64,000 nt of DNA, from positions 11,730 through 75,729 of the forward strand of contig JBKHIT010000021.1 of assembly GCA_046538485.1 (NCBI GenBank), written 5' to 3'. The stretch is from Candidatus Brocadiia bacterium. Its GTDB lineage: Bacteria; Planctomycetota; Brocadiia; SM23-32. The notes under the pieces were generated by a model, which had not been told where the DNA came from, made no database searches, and saw nothing but the letters and a program-made list of their open reading frames with translations. Shown here in pieces: positions 41,112 to 49,056 of the stretch. Each line of letters starts with the position of its first letter. Position 1 is the first letter of the stretch. Position numbers and translations under genes: made by a program.

Positions 41112-41413
41112 TTCATCCTGTCGGTGCGTGGTCTTTTCCTTCGCGGAAAACCTCGTCCGCAGTGAGGGCAGCGCCACTTCGGCCTTGGCCGCAGCAGAAT
41201 AATTCCAAGCATTCCAGCTGCTATCGCGCCCCCCCAGGCCGTATCCAATTGGCCGGGAGGCACAATCCATAGCAGGCCGACACCAACGAGCAAAAAGGCA
41301 ACACCGCCCACCCGAAGAAGCCAATCCGCCTCCTCCCTGACAAGCTCTACTTTACAGTCAGGGCATTGCGGCCATGGATCGATAGACTGATCTTCGGCCT
41401 CGGGTTCACTCAA
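41093..41413 (-). CDS. small two-TM protein flanked by CxxC motifs (split zinc ribbon)
   Basis: CPDC...TM-TM...CPHCG; starts 3 bp after the leuA stop. Confidence 0.65.
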   Translation of the reverse strand: MSEPEAEDQSIDPWPQCPDCKVELVREEADWLLRVGGVAFLLVGVGLLWIVPPGQLDTAWGGAIAAGMLGIILLRPRPKWRCPHCGRGFPRRKRPRTDRMNQKDGS

Positions 41414-41416
41414 TGA

Positions 41417-42988
41417 TCACATCCCGTGGAAACTTTCTGAAATCTCATCACCGTTGCGGCGCGCTTTGGCAATTCGATTCACAGCGGCCAGATATGCGCG
41501 TGCGCTGGCTTCCAGGATATCGGTGCTGGTAGCGCGGCCCCGCACCGTCATATCGTCCGAAATCACTTCCAGCGAGACTTCACCCATAGCATCCTTCCCG
41601 CCGCTAATCGCTCGGATGGAATAATCCGTTAGGTCACAACTAATACCAGTAATTCTATCGATGGCTTTGTATACCGCATCAATGGGCCCATCGCCGGTGC
41701 TGGCATCGGTTTGTTTGTTCTCCTCCACTTCAAGCTGAACCGTAGCGGTTGGTATAACACTTGTGCCGCTGGATATATGGAAAGTAATAAGCTGGAAAAT
41801 ATCGGGGGCTTGTTCGAGTTCTTCTCTCACAAGCGCTTCAACATCGCCGTCGAATATCTTCTTTTTCTTGTCCGCAAGCGATTTGAACTCCTGGAAAACG
41901 CGTTCAAATTTTTCACCCTCGAGTTCAATACCCAGTTCTTCCAATCGTTGTCGGAACGCGTGGCGCCCGCTGTGCTTTCCGAGAACTAACCTCGTCTTCT
42001 CAACGCCAACATCCTCCGGCCGCATGATTTCGTAGGTGCTTTTCTCTTTCAGCATGCCGTCCTGGTGAATACCGGCCTCGTGAGCAAATGCATTCTCACC
42101 CACGATAGCCTTATTCCGCTGGACCGACAACCCCGTTACATGGCTGACAAGCCGACTGGTTTTCATGATCTGTTCGGTTCGGATCCCCGTCTCCACGCCA
42201 AAAATATCCCTGCGGGTTGCAAGGGCCATCACCACCTCTTCGAGGGAACAATTCCCGGCACGTTCTCCGATCCCATTGATCGTGCATTCAACCTGTCGGG
42301 CACCCCGGCGCACGGCTTCCAATGAATTTGAAACGCCCAGGCCGAGATCGTTATGGCAGTGCACGCTGATGACAGCCTCCCCGATATTTGGGACTTCCTG
42401 GACGAGGTTCTCAATCGTTGCGCCGAACTGGGCGGGAATAGCGTAGCCCACAGTATCAGGGATGTTCACCGTCTTTGCGCCGGCGTCGATAACAGCTTCG
42501 ACAACTTCTCGAAGAAAATCATGCTCGGTGCGGCTGGCATCTTCCGGGCTAAATTCCACATCCTCGCAGAATTTTTTGGCCAGGCGAACGCCTTTGACCG
42601 CCAGCTTAAGAATCTCCCCTCTCGCTTTTTTGAGTTTGTGTTTCCGATGAATCTCGCTGGTCGCCAGGAAAACGTGTATCCGCGGGTGCTTTGCCTCTTC
42701 GAGAGCCTGTGCGGCCCGATCAATGTCCTCAGAGACACAACGCGCAAGTCCGGCAATTACAGGGGTTTCCACACTGCGGGACACTTCTTTAACGCTCTCA
42801 AAATCGCCTTCCGAAGCGATTGGAAAGCCCGCCTCTATCACATCAACCCCCAATCGCGAAAGCTGTCGTGCTACGTGGATTTTCTCTTCGATGGTCATGG
42901 AACAACCGGGCGCCTGTTCTCCGTCGCGGAGGGTGGTATCAAAAATCGTGACACGGTCGTCTGTTTCACTCTGGTTTTTTTCACTCAT
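41417..42988 (-). CDS. leuA: 2-isopropylmalate synthase
   Basis: DTTLRDGEQ, HCHNDLG, GERAGN, HEAGIHQDG, LGKHSGR, C-terminal regulatory domain. Confidence 0.97.
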   Translation of the reverse strand: MSEKNQSETDDRVTIFDTTLRDGEQAPGCSMTIEEKIHVARQLSRLGVDVIEAGFPIASEGDFESVKEVSRSVETPVIAGLARCVSEDIDRAAQALEEAKHPRIHVFLATSEIHRKHKLKKARGEILKLAVKGVRLAKKFCEDVEFSPEDASRTEHDFLREVVEAVIDAGAKTVNIPDTVGYAIPAQFGATIENLVQEVPNIGEAVISVHCHNDLGLGVSNSLEAVRRGARQVECTINGIGERAGNCSLEEVVMALATRRDIFGVETGIRTEQIMKTSRLVSHVTGLSVQRNKAIVGENAFAHEAGIHQDGMLKEKSTYEIMRPEDVGVEKTRLVLGKHSGRHAFRQRLEELGIELEGEKFERVFQEFKSLADKKKKIFDGDVEALVREELEQAPDIFQLITFHISSGTSVIPTATVQLEVEENKQTDASTGDGPIDAVYKAIDRITGISCDLTDYSIRAISGGKDAMGEVSLEVISDDMTVRGRATSTDILEASARAYLAAVNRIAKARRNGDEISESFHGM

Positions 42989-43100
42989 TATTCGAATCTT
43001 TCAGATGGAGTCGCCGTTGAACAGGAGAATAATCTTCAGTATCGACCCAAATCCAGTTCGAGCGACGCAGTCCGCACGGGGCGAACTTTCGTCGCGACAT
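42981..43100 (-). CDS. 39-aa upstream ORF overlapping the leuA start
   Basis: GGAGGAG SD; MSRRKFAPCGLRRSNWIWVDTEDYSPVQRRLHLKDSNNE*; ATGAGTGA overlap with leuA. Confidence 0.45.
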   Translation of the reverse strand: MSRRKFAPCGLRRSNWIWVDTEDYSPVQRRLHLKDSNNE

Positions 43101-43182
43101 ACGCTCCTCCCGGTCTCATGCTATCTGATCTATGATTTTGCTCCACCATTTTCATTCTGCTTCTTGGCGTTCCAGCTCGCAC

Positions 43183-43218
43183 AAAAAATGCCCTACAGCC
43201 TTGAGAGGCCTGCAGGGC
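43183..43218 (-). terminator. attenuator intrinsic terminator
   Basis: GCCCTGCAG-GCCTCTCAAGG-CTGTAGGGC-ATTTTTT. Confidence 0.85.
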
Positions 43219-43248
43219 GCGATTCTCTTTCTCCGAAACAGCCAGACC

Positions 43249-43338
43249 CTACCTGCCTCGCTTTGGCCTGGACAACCAGAGCGAAGTGAGCCACAGGTTC
43301 AAAAGCCACAAACGAGACTGGGTCTGCTCGTTCCTCAT
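43249..43338 (-). CDS. Leu/Trp-rich attenuator leader peptide
   Basis: MRNEQTQSRLWLLNLWLTSLWLSRPKRGR*; lies between promoter and terminator upstream of leuA. Confidence 0.8.
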   Translation of the reverse strand: MRNEQTQSRLWLLNLWLTSLWLSRPKRGR

Positions 43339-43347
43339 AACAACCGC

Positions 43348-43376
43348 ATTCTAAGCCAAAAAAACGTGCCCGTCAA
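43348..43376 (-). promoter_or_regulatory. sigma70-type promoter of the leuA leader
   Basis: TTGACG (43376-43371), 17 bp, TAGAAT (43353-43348). Confidence 0.8.
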
Positions 43377-43442
43377 GGTCTGATTTACCGGGTACCGGGA
43401 CGCTGCTGATGATTGTAATGGCATCCGGGAACCCGGGAAAAG

Positions 43443-44171
43443 CTACTCAACGGTTATAACCGTTGAAGCTGCCCGCTGATAGTCGACAAAACTGATATCG
43501 GCGTGTGAGCGGTAACGCCACAGCCAGCCCCGGTCCCATCGTCCGTTTCCATTTAGATCCCGGAATGCTTCCCCCGGGACGGGGTTGCGGCCGTCCGGGA
43601 GGCCGTCGCCGTTCCGATCCCCCCCCGGCAAAACGGGTTCGGGATCGACGAGAAACTTTTTGCTTCCTCCCGTGCGATCCGATAGATAGCCGTAATATTT
43701 CAGCATGAGAGCGCCGCTGTCGACGGGAAGCTTTTGGGTTTCGATCCGGCCAACGTCACCGGGAATATATTTCACGAACGGCAGAAGGGCGTAGAGGATA
43801 AGCACAAAACCGCTGACAACGAGACCGTTGAATACCCCTAAAATTCCTCCTGCCACGGGATCCACTATACGATAGGAAGGGAGATCCGGCGATGTAAGCT
43901 TTCGTCTGAGTGTTCCTGCCACTCCGACGGTCACGCCGAAAACAGTGGCAAAAACGATCATCCTCATATAAAGCGGTCCGGGATGGAGTTTGAAACGCGT
44001 GATGAGCCCGGTCATAAGACATGTCAATGGATCACACAGGGAAAGAGCCAGCACGAAACCCAGCAAATTGCGCATCAGCGCATAGACGGAGTCAAAGAAC
44101 CCTGACGAAATTCCCCCGTAGATCATAATGCCAAAGATAACGAGAAGAAGAAGAATGGCGACGACCTGCAT
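43443..44171 (-). CDS. CvpA-family membrane protein with C-terminal DxNGDG-type loops
   Basis: four TM helices, DPVAGGILGVFNG; DRNGDG and DLNGNG. Confidence 0.7.
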   Translation of the reverse strand: MQVVAILLLLVIFGIMIYGGISSGFFDSVYALMRNLLGFVLALSLCDPLTCLMTGLITRFKLHPGPLYMRMIVFATVFGVTVGVAGTLRRKLTSPDLPSYRIVDPVAGGILGVFNGLVVSGFVLILYALLPFVKYIPGDVGRIETQKLPVDSGALMLKYYGYLSDRTGGSKKFLVDPEPVLPGGDRNGDGLPDGRNPVPGEAFRDLNGNGRWDRGWLWRYRSHADISFVDYQRAASTVITVE

Positions 44172-44188
44172 TTCGGCCCTCCACGGTT

Positions 44189-45901
44189 TTATTTTTTCAA
44201 TATTCGGCGTATTTCTTTCAGCGTAGTTACCCCTTCCTGCACTTTCAGAAGGGCATCCTGATAAAGTGTTCTGAGTGCGTCACTGCCGGCTGCTTTTTTT
44301 ACCGCATCGGCTGAGACGCCTGTTTGTTGCATCACCTGGTGGACTCTGTCATTGAGTATCAGCATCTCGAAAACACCTGTTTGCCCTTTAAACCCGGTAT
44401 TCAAACACGCTTCGCAACCGACGGCCCGGAACCATTCGCCGGCATTTTCGGGATCAATATTGAGCTTTTCAAGCAATTTCGGATTCGGTGCCACCGGTTC
44501 CTTACAATCGTCGCAAAGCGTCCGCACGAGACGTTGCGAGACAACACAACTGAGTGTTTTTGCAGCCACGCCACCGTCCAAACCCTTCACCAGCTGAACG
44601 GTAGCTTCCGGAGCCCCGCCCGCCTGGATAGTCCCGATAAAACGCCCCGTGTCGGTCGGGAAATTCAGCATCTCCACGACGGCTTTTGTATTGACGATTT
44701 CATCCACTGCCAGCACATCCGGTTCCTGCCGCAGAACAGGGGCCAGCGTATTATTCACTTTCTCCGGCGATTTCAGGTCGACCTGATGCCTTTGTATTTG
44801 GCCCAGTTCATGTTCGAGACGGGACTCAAACGTGTGGACGTCGGTTGTGAAAATGTCGATTTCATTCAGCGTGGCATGAAACGTTGTCGTTTTGCCTGAT
44901 CGGGACGGCCCGCTGAACAAAATGCTTCGTCCGGATGTAGCCACCAGCTTTTTTATACGCTGGATCATAGCTTTGTGCATGCCGAGCGCCTCAAGGCCAC
45001 CACGATACAGATCTTCCGTCCAATCTGGCATATTGAACACGACGGCGGCTCCGTGCTGCGCTTTGCGTCCTCTTACCTGTATTGACACGCTTTCACCTCC
45101 CTGGATATTGGCTTTAAGTTCCGCGCGGGCTTTCCCTTTTCGCCCGAGCCCCAGGAATTGAGCCACACATGCCACCACAAGTTTCCCGTAATCCAGATCA
45201 AGAGAATCGAATTTCTGCATTACGCCATATAGCCTGAACAGAACCGCGAATTCTTCCTCACCGGGTTCCAATCGCATCGCCTCGGCATCAGCCTCACATG
45301 CCTCTCCGATTAGATTTTCCAGTGTGTCGGCCGCATCAGCAAAACGTTCTTTTTCAGCGACCCAATCGGACAGCTCGCGGCCCGAAGAATCTTCCAGGGA
45401 GACCCGAGGGCTCACGCGTGCGGTCGCCGTTCCCCCTGCAGGTCCTTTGACTGAACTCTCGGGCGCACAGAGCCATTCCGGACCGATACGGAACTGTTCG
45501 GGCACTACGGCATTTCGAAGCCAGAGATAATATACAAAAACGCCGCCTACGCCGAGCACGAGTACCAGAAAGCAAATCGGGTGAAGTAAAAATGTCAGCA
45601 TGACTCCGAAAAGCCCTGTGCCGACAAAAATTGTACACCATTTTCGGAAACCCATTCCGACGCCCAGAGCATCGTCTGCCGCCCAGGCAGAGAGCAACAA
45701 CCAGCCAAATATGGACGGAGGAATAAGAATTAACCAGAGCGGATGAATATAGAACCCCCCCTGCATTTCAAGCACCGCTGAAACGTCCCCTCCCAACTCC
45801 CCAGCGTAAACGAGCGTGACAAGGCAGAAGAAAACCAAGCCAAAAACAGCGGGTCTAAAAATTTGACCCAGTTCTTGCTGCCGGTACTGATCTCCGTTCA
45901 C
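44189..45901 (-). CDS. GspE/PilB-family ATPase with N-terminal TM segments and degenerate motifs
   Basis: GPSRSGKTTT, LRQEPDVLAVDEI, SQRLVRTLCDDC...GCEACLNTGFKGQTGVFEML. Confidence 0.85.
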   Translation of the reverse strand: MNGDQYRQQELGQIFRPAVFGLVFFCLVTLVYAGELGGDVSAVLEMQGGFYIHPLWLILIPPSIFGWLLLSAWAADDALGVGMGFRKWCTIFVGTGLFGVMLTFLLHPICFLVLVLGVGGVFVYYLWLRNAVVPEQFRIGPEWLCAPESSVKGPAGGTATARVSPRVSLEDSSGRELSDWVAEKERFADAADTLENLIGEACEADAEAMRLEPGEEEFAVLFRLYGVMQKFDSLDLDYGKLVVACVAQFLGLGRKGKARAELKANIQGGESVSIQVRGRKAQHGAAVVFNMPDWTEDLYRGGLEALGMHKAMIQRIKKLVATSGRSILFSGPSRSGKTTTFHATLNEIDIFTTDVHTFESRLEHELGQIQRHQVDLKSPEKVNNTLAPVLRQEPDVLAVDEIVNTKAVVEMLNFPTDTGRFIGTIQAGGAPEATVQLVKGLDGGVAAKTLSCVVSQRLVRTLCDDCKEPVAPNPKLLEKLNIDPENAGEWFRAVGCEACLNTGFKGQTGVFEMLILNDRVHQVMQQTGVSADAVKKAAGSDALRTLYQDALLKVQEGVTTLKEIRRILKK

Positions 45902-45930
45902 ATCGACCTCCGGAATATTATCAAAACCTC

Positions 45931-47046
45931 TCAGTCACCAGATGATGATCGTGACGAGGAAGAGAAGCTAATTCCTTTCAATGCCATCTCCAGAGCGTCC
46001 TTATTCGGCGCGAACTCGCGTGCAACTTTTTTGGTAACAAAATCCTGCTGGATAAGCTTGACGAAAGAAGTGGTCCAGCTTTGCATTCCCTCTTCTTCAC
46101 CTTCCTGTACCAGATCTTCAACCCGGGCATCATCTCCTTCGGCAATCGCTTTGCGGATAGGCGGATTCACCCACATCATCTCAACCGCCGGAACCCGCTG
46201 TACCTCATCACGAAACGATGGTACCAATCGCTGACAGATAATAGCCTTCAAATTGAAGGCCAGAGACTGGCGGATAAACTTATGCCTCTCAGTGGGGAAA
46301 AAATCAAGAATTCGCCCGAAGGTAGCCTTAACGCTGGAAGTATGCATTGTCGTCAAAACAAGATGACCCGTCTCCGCGGCAGTCAAACAAAGTTTAAAGG
46401 TCTCTTGCCCTCGCATTTCGCCGATCAACATCACATCGGGATCCGCGCGGACACCCGCCCTGATTGCTTCGGGCCAATCATGAAAATCAAGACGGTACTC
46501 CCTCTGGTTGATAATACTATTAGCATCTTCGTAGACAAATTCTATTGGATCCTCGAACGTTAATATATTACGCCGGTGTTTCTTATTCATTTCATTCAAC
46601 AGCCACGCAAGTGTTGTCGACTTTCCGACGCCCGTGATACCACATACGAGGCACAACCCCTCGTTGAAATCCACCATACGCAAAAGATCTTCAGGCAAAT
46701 GCAGTTCCTCCCGCGAGGGCACAACATTTTCCACGAGTCGAGCAACAAGAGAGATACGCCCTCTCTGCATAAAAACCGAGACTCTGACCCGGCCACCTTC
46801 GAACTCGTGGCCAAAATCCATACTGCCCTGTTCCATAATACGGTCCACTTTTTCGTCGCCCAACCAATCCCTTGCCAGCGCTTCGATGTGAGCGGCCGAC
46901 AGCGATTTCCCTTTGAGTCGACGCAGAGTTCCATCAATCCGAAACACCGGTGGGTTCCCTGCTTTCAGATGCAGATCGCTTGCACCCACGGAAGACATCC
47001 GGGAGAAAAGATCGTCGATACGGGGTTCTTCTTCCTCAGCGGCCAT
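45931..47046 (-). CDS. pilT: PilT/PilU type IV pilus retraction ATPase
   Basis: ASDLHLKAG, GITGVGKSTT, EDPIEF, DPDVMLIGEMR, AAETGHLVLTTMHT. Confidence 0.9.
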   Translation of the reverse strand: MAAEEEEPRIDDLFSRMSSVGASDLHLKAGNPPVFRIDGTLRRLKGKSLSAAHIEALARDWLGDEKVDRIMEQGSMDFGHEFEGGRVRVSVFMQRGRISLVARLVENVVPSREELHLPEDLLRMVDFNEGLCLVCGITGVGKSTTLAWLLNEMNKKHRRNILTFEDPIEFVYEDANSIINQREYRLDFHDWPEAIRAGVRADPDVMLIGEMRGQETFKLCLTAAETGHLVLTTMHTSSVKATFGRILDFFPTERHKFIRQSLAFNLKAIICQRLVPSFRDEVQRVPAVEMMWVNPPIRKAIAEGDDARVEDLVQEGEEEGMQSWTTSFVKLIQQDFVTKKVAREFAPNKDALEMALKGISFSSSSRSSSGD

Positions 47047-47152
47047 CTGGCTCTCCGCAAGATAATCCCTCTAAAAATAAGCACAAATGATTCTAATTTC
47101 CCGGGTTACGGTTGTCAAGATAGAGATCGGTCCCGGATCGCCCTGGCTGATA

Positions 47153-48001
47153 TCATTGATCCCCGTTCGCCATCGGCCCGAAACCAGCGGGGTGGGATGG
47201 CAAAAAATCTGCAGCGCCGACCACATCCCCTCGAGCCGTCAGGTCCACCACAGGCCCCTCGCTGAAAACAACGCGAAACGGCACCGTTTCCTCCCGCAAA
47301 AGGCGCCGAACAGCGTCGGTCAATTCATATTCCCGCCTCTCGGGATGCGCTTCAATGGCCCGGCACGCATCAAAAATATCCGTCGTGAACCGGTACAAAT
47401 TCATGCTCACCCTCAGGTCGCCATTGTCGGCATAATCTTCGGGATTTTCAGGTTTCTCCACAATCTCGGCCAGGTTATCCTCCCCCTCAATCGTCAAAAC
47501 GGCGAATCTATCGACTCTATCAGCACCGAAATTGCTGTTCTCCACCAGAGCATTCCGCGAAAATCCCACAGCGTAACAAGATTTATCTGAAATCTCGTGC
47601 AAGTCTCTCAGCACCGAGCCGGGATAATAATTATCGCAATTACACATTACGAACGGGCCGCCACTTAAGACACTTTCAGCCGCCAAAAGTGCATCTGCCG
47701 TGCCCTTTGGTTCCTCCTGGACGGCCGGTATGATTTGTGCCCCCAACTGTTGACTGGCACGCTCACAGTATTTCTCCAGTTCCTGACAATCCGGCGGGAT
47801 CACGAGACATAGCTCGCCAAATCCTGCCCGCACCAATTCCCCCGTAACATAATCAAGAAACGGATACCCGTTGATCGGTATCAGACCTTTAAGCCCTTTA
47901 TCCGCAAGCTCAGCAGAACTTCCCTTGAGTTCCACATCCGCAGAATTCCTGCGCATCCTGCTCCCCAAACCACCAGCAAGAATAACCGCTTTCTTCGTCA
48001 C
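47153..48001 (-). CDS. sugar-phosphate nucleotidyltransferase
   Basis: AVILAGGLGSRM, QEEPKGTADA, IVEKP, EYELTDAV. Confidence 0.9.
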   Translation of the reverse strand: MTKKAVILAGGLGSRMRRNSADVELKGSSAELADKGLKGLIPINGYPFLDYVTGELVRAGFGELCLVIPPDCQELEKYCERASQQLGAQIIPAVQEEPKGTADALLAAESVLSGGPFVMCNCDNYYPGSVLRDLHEISDKSCYAVGFSRNALVENSNFGADRVDRFAVLTIEGEDNLAEIVEKPENPEDYADNGDLRVSMNLYRFTTDIFDACRAIEAHPERREYELTDAVRRLLREETVPFRVVFSEGPVVDLTARGDVVGAADFLPSHPAGFGPMANGDQ

Positions 48002-48960
48002 GACATCACCGCCTGTCTACCATGAGGACCTCGGCCCTTATCGCTATCGTACTTGCCAGGATATGTTTTCCATCTACGATGCATCCAGAGCCATTTACCA
48101 GGATTTCGACGTACCAGATCTTCAACATCTGATGTCAGGCGTTGTGTGATACGTCGGATTTCAGCCTCCCTTTCGGCATCGGCTTTCGGCCAGATGACAT
48201 CGCTTATAACAGCTCGAAACTTATTCATTTCTTCAATCCTCTCCGCATAGATAAAAACAACCGGTGAGGCGGTAGCAATGGCCAGTCTCGCCGCGCTCGT
48301 ATGAGTGCAAGCCGGACGGCCGAAAAAGTCCACAAAGATACCTTCCTTCCTGGCATCTTGATCGATGAGAACCGCCACATTGCGCCCGTTCCTGAGAGCC
48401 TTCAATGTTTTGCGGATGGCCCCATGTTTTGGAACCAATTTCTGCCCCGCGCTTTCTCGAATTCGAGAAAGATATTTTTCAAGGAGTGGATTGCTCCGCT
48501 CGCGAGCAACACTGAGCACAGGGAACCCCAAACTTTTGCATGACAAACCCAGCACTTCCCAGCATCCATAGTGGGCCGTCGCAAACACAATACCCGTCCC
48601 CTCATCGACATCTCCCAATAATTCCTCCCCTTCCAGATGAACCAATTCAGCGGCTCGTCCCTCCATGACGAAACGACTGAAATACAATGCATCAAAAATG
48701 GACTCCACGAGCGATCGATAAGCTTTTTTTATGATACGCCTGGCATGCCCTTTACTGATGCCCGGGAAGGCAAGTCTCAGATTCCGGAGCATTCGCTTTT
48801 TGCGGCTCGGACGATCAACCATCCGGACTAAATCTCCGAGAATTCGAGCCATAGAACGACTTACACGCCAGGTTGGGGCAAGAAAAAATGCTATAACCAA
48901 TCGCAGCACCAAATACTGTAAACGCTGTAAAAAGGTAACGTCAGCGTGTTCGTCGCTCAC
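47998..48960 (-). CDS. lipid A late acyltransferase (LpxL/HtrB family)
   Basis: HYGCWE, LIDQD, FFG, WLWMHRRWKT. Confidence 0.88.
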   Translation of the reverse strand: MSDEHADVTFLQRLQYLVLRLVIAFFLAPTWRVSRSMARILGDLVRMVDRPSRKKRMLRNLRLAFPGISKGHARRIIKKAYRSLVESIFDALYFSRFVMEGRAAELVHLEGEELLGDVDEGTGIVFATAHYGCWEVLGLSCKSLGFPVLSVARERSNPLLEKYLSRIRESAGQKLVPKHGAIRKTLKALRNGRNVAVLIDQDARKEGIFVDFFGRPACTHTSAARLAIATASPVVFIYAERIEEMNKFRAVISDVIWPKADAEREAEIRRITQRLTSDVEDLVRRNPGKWLWMHRRWKTYPGKYDSDKGRGPHGRQAVMS

Positions 48961-49056
48961 TTTTCGCCTCTCCAGAAACCAACATATATACCCGCTTCAT
49001 AATACTTTAGTGAAAAACTCCGCCTCATCGCAACCCTGCAGGCTATGGGACATAGA

